The notes below the pieces were generated by a model. The model did not search any database. It saw only the letters and a list, made by a program, of their open reading frames with translations, and was not told the origin of the DNA. 30,995 nt of DNA from Chloroflexota bacterium (GTDB lineage Bacteria > Chloroflexota > Anaerolineae > UBA4142). The stretch spans positions 1-30,995 of the forward strand of contig JACQGS010000041.1 of assembly GCA_016199405.1 (NCBI GenBank). Direction: 5' to 3'. This document shows, in pieces, positions 24,174-30,995 of the stretch (its first letter is position 1; every line of letters begins with the position of its first letter). The position numbers and the translations under genes were made by a program.

Positions 24174-26486
24174 ATGTCCTCACGCGACCTCAAAATTCTC
24201 TTCGCTTACTTTTTTCTAGCGCTTGTTCTCACGTTCCCGCTCGCGCTAAATTTTTCCGATCATATCCCCGGCACGACGACCTGGTCAATGGACGAGTACG
24301 GATATGTTTGGAATAATTGGTGGTTCAAACATGCCGTGTTCGATCTGGGCGCGAATCCGTTTCAAACGAATTACCTGCTTTATCCGGTGGGCGCGTCACT
24401 GGTTTTGTACACGTTCACGCTATTGCACATCTTGCTCGGCTTGCCGATTCAATTTGCATTCGGTCTAATTCCGGCGAGCAACGCGGAATTGTTGTTTTCT
24501 TTTGCGCTCAACGGATACGGCGCGTATTTGCTCGCGCGTTATTTATTGCGCGTCGGCAATGCGCGTTTTGCTGCGCCCGCCGCGTTCATCGCCGGCGCGC
24601 TGTTCGCATTTTCCTCGAATCACTTTGTATACGCCGCGCTCGGGCACTACAACGTCGTTGGAACGGAATGGATTCCCTTTTTCATTTTGTTTTTGATCAA
24701 GACCGTGCGCGAGCCGGCGCGCAAGAACGCTCTCCTCGCCGGCTTATTCGCGGCATTCGCCATGTACGTGGAAACGACGAGCGGCGTCTGGATGTTGCTC
24801 TTTGCCCTGATTTATTTGCTCTCGCATTGGCGCGCTACGTTTCACCGCGCGGCGCTCGCGCGGCTTGCGCTTGCCGGCGCGACCGCCGCGATTTTGTTCG
24901 CGCCCTTGCTGCTGCCAACCCTCGATGAGATTCTGAACAGCGGCTATGTGCTTCCCGGTTGGGGACACGCGGAAAAATTATTGGTCGATCTATTTGGATT
25001 TTTCGTTCCGACGAGTTTGCATCCGCTCGTCGGCGGCTGGACCCAAGAACTCGACCGCGTGCGGCAGGGCATCTCGCGGTTTGTGGATGTCAACACCGTC
25101 TTCATCGGCTACGTCACGCTCGCGCTTGCGCTAATTGCCGTGCGGCGTTATGGGCGAACCGTCAAACTATGGGCGGTCTGCGCAATTGCTTTTGGAATTT
25201 TGAGTCTCGGTCCGTTATTGCACATCAACGGTCAATCGCAATTTGATTTGGATGGATTGGTCGCGTCTGTGCCCCTTCCATTTTTGCTCTTGCATTACAT
25301 TCCCTTTCTGAAAGAAAATCGCGTCCCGAACCGCTTTAGCATTCTGATGATGCTCTCGCTCGCGATGCTGGTCGCGTACGGCGCGGCGTGGTTGATCGAA
25401 AAAATCGCGGCGGGGCGCGGGAATGCGCGCGGAACGAATACGCGCGCGCAAATTGTCGCCGGCGTTTTGCTGATTGGAGTTTTGTTCGAGCACGCGTCGG
25501 TTCCGTTGCCGCTGACCGATGCGCGCGTGCCGGATGTTTTCGCGCAGATCGCGCGCGAGCCGGGCGATTTCGCGATTCTCACGCTGCCCTTCGGCTTGCG
25601 GAATTCGTTCGGCGGCATTGGCGCGGAGGATACGCGCACGCAATATTACCAGAGCGTGCATCAGAAATTTATTTTTCCGGCAAACCTTCAGCGCAACCCG
25701 CCGTTTGTCTTTGACTATTTTGATCGCCTTTCGCTCTTCCATTCGCTGGCGGAGATCGAATTGTATCGCGACGTTTCCGACGAAATTCGCGCGCAGGATC
25801 AACGCGACGCGCCCGCGCTCATGGCGTTCTTCGACGTGCGTTATCTCGTGATCAACGCCGCGCCCCCGAACCGCGTCCCTTTCAGTGATACGCGCGCGGC
25901 GACGATCGAATACGCGCGCGCGGTCTTGCCGCTCGGCGAAAAAATCTATGACCGCGACGACGTAATCGCGTATCGCGTCAATCCAGCGCCGCTCCTCGCC
26001 AAACTGCAAATCGATTTTGGTGCCACTACCGCGCAACTTTATCAGGGCGAGGGCTGGGATCGCGCGGAGACGCTCGACGACGTGCGTGCGAATTGGGTGA
26101 ATCGAAAAACCGCGCGCGTATTTTTTCCGTTGCGCGAAATTTCCGATTACGCGCTCACGCTGCGCGCGTTGCCGTTTAATTTTGCCGGCGCGGCACAACA
26201 GACGATGGAGATCGTGGCGAATGGGCAAGCGCTTGGCAAGTTTGATTTGAAAGCGAGTTGGAGTGATTATTCCGTGACACTACCCGCACGGGTGTTGCAT
26301 AGCGGGTTGAATGAGATTAATTTGAGTTTTGCGCGCTTGAATCGACCGCGCGATGTTTCGCCCGCGCAACGTGCGATCGGCAGAACCGGCGCAACGACGC
26401 CGGTAGACTTGCAGGTGCGCGCGGGGGGAGTTAGCATCGGTCAAAGTGAACGATCGCGAAAGCGCGCGGCAAACGCGTGGCTATAA
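24174..26486 (+). CDS. YfhO-like GT-C membrane protein, 5' part of a frameshifted gene
   Basis: LTFPL...DHIPG...WNNWW...ANPFQTNYLLYPVG, LSLGP, RVPNRF motifs; C-terminal beta-sandwich; the last 15-20 codons are out of frame. Confidence 0.75.
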   Translation: MSSRDLKILFAYFFLALVLTFPLALNFSDHIPGTTTWSMDEYGYVWNNWWFKHAVFDLGANPFQTNYLLYPVGASLVLYTFTLLHILLGLPIQFAFGLIPASNAELLFSFALNGYGAYLLARYLLRVGNARFAAPAAFIAGALFAFSSNHFVYAALGHYNVVGTEWIPFFILFLIKTVREPARKNALLAGLFAAFAMYVETTSGVWMLLFALIYLLSHWRATFHRAALARLALAGATAAILFAPLLLPTLDEILNSGYVLPGWGHAEKLLVDLFGFFVPTSLHPLVGGWTQELDRVRQGISRFVDVNTVFIGYVTLALALIAVRRYGRTVKLWAVCAIAFGILSLGPLLHINGQSQFDLDGLVASVPLPFLLLHYIPFLKENRVPNRFSILMMLSLAMLVAYGAAWLIEKIAAGRGNARGTNTRAQIVAGVLLIGVLFEHASVPLPLTDARVPDVFAQIAREPGDFAILTLPFGLRNSFGGIGAEDTRTQYYQSVHQKFIFPANLQRNPPFVFDYFDRLSLFHSLAEIELYRDVSDEIRAQDQRDAPALMAFFDVRYLVINAAPPNRVPFSDTRAATIEYARAVLPLGEKIYDRDDVIAYRVNPAPLLAKLQIDFGATTAQLYQGEGWDRAETLDDVRANWVNRKTARVFFPLREISDYALTLRALPFNFAGAAQQTMEIVANGQALGKFDLKASWSDYSVTLPARVLHSGLNEINLSFARLNRPRDVSPAQRAIGRTGATTPVDLQVRAGGVSIGQSERSRKRAANAWL

Positions 26487-26868
26487 TCTCGCGGTCATTG
26501 ACCCACGCACAAATGCCGTCTTGGAGTCGCGGGGGTTCAATACGATTGACGACCGCGTCGGCTCGCGCGCGTTGACCGCGTTCATCGAAAATATTCCGGC
26601 GGGCATGATTGTGATCGTCGCGTCGCAAGGCGCCGCGGCGGTCAACCTGGGCGACCGCGCGGCAAACGCGTTTCAGTTGCTGGGCGGCACAGGCGATCCG
26701 CGCGCACAGGCGTCGAAGGCATACGCGCTCATCGGCGTTAAAGGCGCGGCAGCCGGAACCGCGCTGGAATCATTTCAAGAAGGCGCGGCGTTCGCGTGGA
26801 TCGGACGCAATCCGGATGATCGCACGCTCGCTGCCGCCGTCAGCGCGATCACGATTGAAAAGAAATGA
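26407..26868 (+). pseudogene. ILEI/PANDER (FAM3-like) domain: +1-frame continuation of the 24174 gene
   Basis: The +1 frame is open from 26407 and reads ...GELASVKVNDRESARQTRGYNLAVIDP...FIENIPAGMIVIVAS...YALIGVKG; the frame switch maps to the G6 tract at 26423-26428; ATGA coupling to the next gene. Confidence 0.7.
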
Positions 26869-28808
26869 AAGAATTTTTCAAATCGCGCGATGTGCGCATC
26901 GCCGCGCTGATCGCGTTGGCAACGCAGTTGCTTTACGTGCTGACGCTCGCGCCGGATATTGTGGATGGCGACGGCGGCGAATTTCAGTTCGCGGCATGGA
27001 ATTTTTCTTTCGTGCATCCGACCGGCTATCCGTTATATCTGATTCTCGGCGGCTTGTTTCAACACTTGATATTTTGGATAGGCACGCCGGCGTATTGGCT
27101 TAATTTCTTCACGGCGTTGAGCGGCGCGCTCGCGGTCGGTTTGCTTTTTCTTGCCGTTACGATGCTCACGGATGCGCGCGGCGCGGCAATCCTCGCGGCG
27201 GCGGCGTTCGCGGTCTCGCGCGAATTTTGGCACGCTGCCGGCGCGGCGGAAGTTTATGCGCTCCACGCGTTTTTTGTCGCGGCGTTGATTTGGCTCGCGT
27301 TGCGTTGGCAAGCCAATCCAAACGTAGATCGCTTTGCCGGGTTTTGCTTTGCCTGTAGCTTCGCGTTGACGCATCATCGCACGATCATCTTGTGGTTGCC
27401 GGCGTTCGCGCTGTTTTTTGTTTTGGCGGCGCGCACCGGCGTAGGGACGCGCACAAGGCGCTATGCTACGACTGTGCCTCACGCATCGCGCGTCACGTAC
27501 CACGTCTTACGCAACACTTTATTTCTCCTTATCCCGCTTCTGCTCTACCTCTACATTCCGCTCCGCGCGCCGGCATCGCCCTATGCGACGCTAACACTCG
27601 CGCCCGAACAACGGCTTGTGCTCTATGACAATTCAGTCAATGGATTCATGGATTACGTTTTGGGTCGCACCTTTCAAGCGGAATTGCGGTGGGATGCGGT
27701 GAGCGTGGCGCGGCTCGCAGCATTTCCGCAAATGCTCGCCGACCAATTCACTTTGATCGGCGTGGCTATCGGCGTGATTGGTTTGCTCGCGATGGTGTGG
27801 AGAAAAGATTGGACGCGCTTCGGCTTGCTCTTTCTGGGCGCGCTCGCGAATCTTGTCTTTGCCGCGGCGTATCACATCGGCGACATCGCGCCGTATTACA
27901 TTCCAGTTTATCTCGTCTGGGCAATTTGGATTGGGGTGGGGCTGGAGGCGCTCTTTCAAGTGATTGGCTCGCTTGTCATGGATCACGCATCACGCAATAC
28001 GAAATACGGGTTGCGTGTTGCGTATTGCGTCCTACTCGCTGCCACATTTTTCCTCCTCCCTTACTCCCAACTCGCCGCGAATTTTTCTTTCGCGGATCGC
28101 AGTAACGAAACGAACGCGCGCGGCAGTTGGCTGCGCTATCTCGACACGCCGGTGCCGCCGAATGCGATTCTGATCAGCAACGATCGCGATGAAATGACGC
28201 CGCTGTGGTACTTGCAATATGTCGAACAGCGCCGCCGCGATGTGACCGGCTTGTTTCCGCTCGTCACGCCAGCGCCTGAATACGCGAATGTCGGACGATT
28301 GATAGATCAGGTGATTGGGCTGGGGCGCAATGTTTATTTGATCAAGCCGATGCCGGGCATCGAGGCAAAATTCTGGATCGAAGCCGAAAATAAATTGTAC
28401 CGCGTCGTCGGGCGCACGCGCGAGACGCCGCCGCAGAATCCAGTGGACGCGCGGCTTGCCGATTCCATGACGGTCACGGGCTACGACGTGATTCGTCAGT
28501 CCGATTTGCTGCGCGTGGCGGTGTATTGGCAAGCGCGCACAAAGCCAGATCAGAATTACACGGCGTTTGTCCAGCTATTCAACGAACGCGGCGAAAAAAT
28601 CGCGCAAGCGGTTGACCATCCGGTCGGCGGCGAATTTTATCCGTCGCGTTTATGGGATGCCGGCGAAATTGTGCGGGATGAGCACGCTTTGATTTTGCCG
28701 GCAGGATTCGCTCCCGGCACCTATCGCCTGCGCGTGGGAATGTACAACAGCGCGGATCGCGAATTACTGGGCGCGCCGGTTGAGATTAGCGCGGTGCAGG
28801 TGAAATGA
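26865..28808 (+). CDS. Second DUF2723 (TMEM260-like) GT-C glycosyltransferase
   Basis: TLAPDIVDGDGGEFQ...HPTGYPLY, AEVYALH, ALTHHRT; one C-terminal YTAFVQL...DHP....YPSRLWDAGE domain. Confidence 0.85.
   Translation: MKEFFKSRDVRIAALIALATQLLYVLTLAPDIVDGDGGEFQFAAWNFSFVHPTGYPLYLILGGLFQHLIFWIGTPAYWLNFFTALSGALAVGLLFLAVTMLTDARGAAILAAAAFAVSREFWHAAGAAEVYALHAFFVAALIWLALRWQANPNVDRFAGFCFACSFALTHHRTIILWLPAFALFFVLAARTGVGTRTRRYATTVPHASRVTYHVLRNTLFLLIPLLLYLYIPLRAPASPYATLTLAPEQRLVLYDNSVNGFMDYVLGRTFQAELRWDAVSVARLAAFPQMLADQFTLIGVAIGVIGLLAMVWRKDWTRFGLLFLGALANLVFAAAYHIGDIAPYYIPVYLVWAIWIGVGLEALFQVIGSLVMDHASRNTKYGLRVAYCVLLAATFFLLPYSQLAANFSFADRSNETNARGSWLRYLDTPVPPNAILISNDRDEMTPLWYLQYVEQRRRDVTGLFPLVTPAPEYANVGRLIDQVIGLGRNVYLIKPMPGIEAKFWIEAENKLYRVVGRTRETPPQNPVDARLADSMTVTGYDVIRQSDLLRVAVYWQARTKPDQNYTAFVQLFNERGEKIAQAVDHPVGGEFYPSRLWDAGEIVRDEHALILPAGFAPGTYRLRVGMYNSADRELLGAPVEISAVQVK
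27440..27517. repeat. Degenerate GTAG REP hairpin plus five CACGYNN heptamers, in-frame in DUF2723 #2
   Basis: CGTAGGGACGCGC...GCGCTATGCTACG, then CACGCAT-CGCGCGT-CACGTAC-CACGTCT-TACGCAA. Confidence 0.6.
27984..28030. repeat. Inverted heptamer array, in-frame in DUF2723 #2
   Basis: CACGCAT-CACGCAA-TACGAAA-TACG then TTGCGTG-TTGCGTA-TTGCGT (about 16/20 IR); encodes HASRNTKYGLRVAYCV. Confidence 0.75.
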
Positions 28809-28810
28809 AG

Positions 28811-28918
28811 GACGCGAAAGGACGCGAAAGGTCGCGAAAGACGCGAAAGGTCGCGAAAGACGCGAAAGCGCGAAAGGACGCGAAAGATATCACTTGGTGT
28901 TCTTCGTGCCCTTTGTGG
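28811..28918 (+). repeat. Tandem array of 8 CGCGAAAG-core units plus a CTTCGTG-type right arm
   Basis: 8-10 nt units at 28811-28886, starting 2 nt after the stop; TTGGTGTTCTTCGTGCCCTTTGTGG at 28894-28918. Confidence 0.9.
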
Positions 28919-28940
28919 GTAATGATTTTGGGAGAGCGAA

Positions 28941-29765
28941 ATGCCTGACCCTATAATCGCAAGCAAAGCGACAATCAAAAAAGTTTTCGACGACGCGGCG
29001 GCGCGCTATGATCGCGTCGGTCCGCGCCTATTCGAAATTGCCGGCGCGCGCTTGGTCGAGCTGATGGAGATGCCGGAAGGCGGGCGCGTGCTAGATGTCG
29101 CGACTGGCATCGGCGCGGTTCTTTTGCCGGCGGCAACGCGCGTCGGCGCGAAGGGACGCGTGATCGGGATTGATTTTTCGGAGGGGATGCTGCAAGCCGC
29201 GCGGGGCGAGACAGCCGCGCGCGGCATCGCGAATGTTGTCTTGCGGCAGATGGACGCCGAGCATCTCGATTTTCCGGACGATACGTTCGACGCGGTTGCC
29301 TGCGGGTTTGCGTTGTTTCTGATGCCGGCGATGGACAGCGCGTTGCGCGAAATGCAGCGCGTTACAAAACCGACGGGGCGGGTGGGGCTGACGCTGTGGG
29401 GCAAAGATCCGTTCGACCCGGCATGGAAAATTATCGCGGAGCAAGTGCGTACGTATGGAATGGAAGTCCGAATGCCGCATAAAGTCGCGTACGCGCCGGA
29501 GGAAATTCGCGGGATGATGACAGACGCTGGGCTGAGTGATATTGAAACGCGCGAGGAAAAATTGGACGCGCAATACGCGTCGGAAGAAGAATGGTGGGAG
29601 TTTCAGATGACGACGGGCGTGCGCGCCGCCATCGTGCAAATGGACGAAGCGACCCGGGCGCGCTTTAAAGAAGACTATTTCGCCAAGTTGCGCCCGCTGA
29701 AACGCGCGGACGGTTCGTTGCATTTTCCCGCGCCGGTGGTGTACGCGCTCGCGCGGAAAGAGTGA
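28941..29765 (+). CDS. Class I SAM-dependent methyltransferase (paralogue of 15974)
   Basis: VLDVATGIG, GIDFSEGML, MDAEHLDFPDDTFD, RVTKPTG; SD GGGAG. Confidence 0.9.
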   Translation: MPDPIIASKATIKKVFDDAAARYDRVGPRLFEIAGARLVELMEMPEGGRVLDVATGIGAVLLPAATRVGAKGRVIGIDFSEGMLQAARGETAARGIANVVLRQMDAEHLDFPDDTFDAVACGFALFLMPAMDSALREMQRVTKPTGRVGLTLWGKDPFDPAWKIIAEQVRTYGMEVRMPHKVAYAPEEIRGMMTDAGLSDIETREEKLDAQYASEEEWWEFQMTTGVRAAIVQMDEATRARFKEDYFAKLRPLKRADGSLHFPAPVVYALARKE

Positions 29766-29767
29766 GG

Positions 29768-29885
29768 AACGCGAAAGGCGCGAAAGAATGCGAAAGAACG
29801 CGAAAGACGCGAAAAGGCGCGAAAGAACGCGAAAGACGCGAAAGACGCGAAAGAACGCGAAAGAACGCGAAAGAACGCGAAAGCG
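29768..29885 (+). repeat. Tandem array of 12 (A)ACGCGAAAG-like units
   Basis: 9-10 nt units at 29768-29883, starting 2 nt after the stop and ending in CGCGAAAGCG; lies between convergent genes. Confidence 0.92.
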
Positions 29886-29894
29886 GTGAGATTA

Positions 29895-30599
29895 TTACGG
29901 CGGTCGTAGCGGCGGTGGAGTAATATTGCGGGGCGGCTCGCCGGGATAGGAAAGCGACGCGCGCCAACTGACGTAGTGCTTCAATTGCTCGTACTGACTA
30001 TTCCATGCGTCGCCGATGTCGTTGGGCTTGCATGCCGGGACATAAACTTGCAATTCGAATTGATACGCGTCTGGTTCAGTGGTGGCTGGACCCATCGCGA
30101 TATGCCGCGCTTCGTGAACGAGGACCGTCGCCGCGACAAAAGTCCGCATCGAATCTTTGTAATGAGTTGGATCGTTGACCGATCCGCTGGACGGCAAATA
30201 CACAATCGAACTGCCGGTGAAAACATAACCGGTTGCGTTTCGAAATTCGCGCCCGCGTTGAACTTCGCTGACGTGCGTCCGCACATAAGTGAACAAGTGG
30301 GGCGCGCACGCTTTGAGCAGATTGAGCCCGTCCTGAATCATGCGGCGTTCTTCGGAATTGAGATCACTGCCGATCAAAATCTCGCCACTCGCGCGCGTCG
30401 GCGTGCGCGTGGGATTTGATGTCGGGGTTGACAGGCGCGCGCGAGTTGGAACTAGAGTTTGCGATGATAGAGGCGTTAGCGTCGCGATCGGTGTCGGCGT
30501 TTCCGTGGATGCGGGGAATGGCGTCGCGGCAATTTCAATATCGGCGTTGACGCACGCGGTGATCAATTGCGCGAAGAGCAATATGCCGGCGAGTCTCAC
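29895..30599 (-). CDS. Putative lipoprotein with Thr/Pro-rich linker and HExxH metallopeptidase-like motif
   Basis: Lipobox ITA-C16; TPFPASTETPTPIATLTP...TPTSNPTRTPTR linker; VLVHEARH followed by TEPDAY. Confidence 0.7.
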   Translation of the reverse strand: MRLAGILLFAQLITACVNADIEIAATPFPASTETPTPIATLTPLSSQTLVPTRARLSTPTSNPTRTPTRASGEILIGSDLNSEERRMIQDGLNLLKACAPHLFTYVRTHVSEVQRGREFRNATGYVFTGSSIVYLPSSGSVNDPTHYKDSMRTFVAATVLVHEARHIAMGPATTEPDAYQFELQVYVPACKPNDIGDAWNSQYEQLKHYVSWRASLSYPGEPPRNITPPPLRPP

Positions 30600-30605
30600 G
30601 AATCG

Positions 30606-30614
30606 ATTCTAACA
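30606..30614 (-). promoter_or_regulatory. Extended -10 promoter, probably giving a leaderless mRNA
   Basis: Minus strand TG-T-TAGAAT, then 6 nt, then GTG (30599). Confidence 0.55.
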
Positions 30615-30647
30615 TAATCGCCGCGCCGGTTCAACTCCAAAACCAAC

Positions 30648-30731
30648 CGCAGACCCTGGCACTTGCGTTCCCGCCAGGGCAAGTGGAACGCAGAGGAAAA
30701 AAATTTCTCTGCTTGCCTTCGGCAGTCTGCG
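30648..30731. other. Compact multi-helix structured element in a divergent intergenic region
   Basis: CGCAGAC/GTCTGCG closing stem, three interleaved 7-bp complementary pairs, GCAGAG/CTCTGC and TGCC/GGCA hairpins. Confidence 0.55.
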
Positions 30732-30804
30732 ATGATTTATGAGTAATCACCGCGGCGGTTGTCCGGCACGGAAAAATCAACGCAGAGCCAAAATAGCGCG
30801 GCTT

Positions 30805-30832
30805 TTGACGCGCCGGTCGGTCGGTGTATAAT
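30805..30832 (+). promoter_or_regulatory. Sigma70/SigA promoter
   Basis: TTGACG (30805-30810)-16 nt-TATAAT (30827-30832). Confidence 0.7.
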
Positions 30833-30879
30833 CGAAACGAGCGGAAGGGGAAAAAATTTCCGAAGGAGGAAGTGTCACT

Positions 30880-30995
30880 GTGGACTTTCGATTGACCCCG
30901 CAGCAAGAACTTTTTAGGCGCACCGTGCGCGAATTCGCGGAAAAGAACGTCGCGCCGCGTTCGCGTGAGATCGATCAAAAAGCGCAAGGTATTCC
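30880..30995 (+). CDS. Acyl-CoA dehydrogenase, N-terminus (runs off the window edge)
   Basis: Not in the ORF track. AGGAGG SD, then GTG: MDFRLTPQQELFRRTVREFAEKNVAPRSREID, the typical ACAD N-terminus. Confidence 0.85.
   Translation, partial: MDFRLTPQQELFRRTVREFAEKNVAPRSREIDQKAQGI

Noticed and set aside
28811-29885. CRISPR interpretation of the CGCGAAAG arrays
   Set aside because: Units are 8-10 nt with 0-2 nt linkers; there are no unique spacers and no cas genes.
30631-30987. 118-aa minus-strand ORF
   Set aside because: It is antisense to the acyl-CoA dehydrogenase start and spans its promoter and the structured element; no motifs.

Overview
GC-rich bacterial chromosomal window; gene content suggests Chloroflexota, possibly Anaerolineae-like (inference). 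There is no tRNA, rRNA, CRISPR array or transposase. From left to right: (1) a minus-strand ECF sigma factor with a SigW-type promoter heading a MacAB/YknXYZ-like efflux operon; (2) a structured attenuator-like leader before a coupled operon of CDF transporter (3 C-terminal dimerisation domains), glpD, acyl-CoA synthetase-GNAT fusion and MFS transporter; (3) a PAS histidine kinase, an MBL hydrolase and a pseudo-receiver/pseudo-HisKA protein; (4) an orphan antiporter-like subunit and a SAM methyltransferase; (5) a 47-aa Flp pilin absent from the ORF track, coupled to a membrane 4xGAF sensor with no output domain; (6) four GT-C glycosyltransferase-like genes (2x DUF2723, ArnT/PMT-like, and a YfhO-like gene whose ILEI domain is split off by a frameshift at a G6 tract); (7) a second methyltransferase, an HExxH lipoprotein and the start of an acyl-CoA dehydrogenase. 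About nine palindromic, MITE-like or short tandem repeat families occur here, and several copies are read in-frame inside proteins. Top leads: the possible pilin-sensing GAF/Flp unit next to a putative O-glycosylation cluster, the candidate novel riboswitch, a possible split or inverted GAF-PAS kinase, and repeat-derived peptide insertions.
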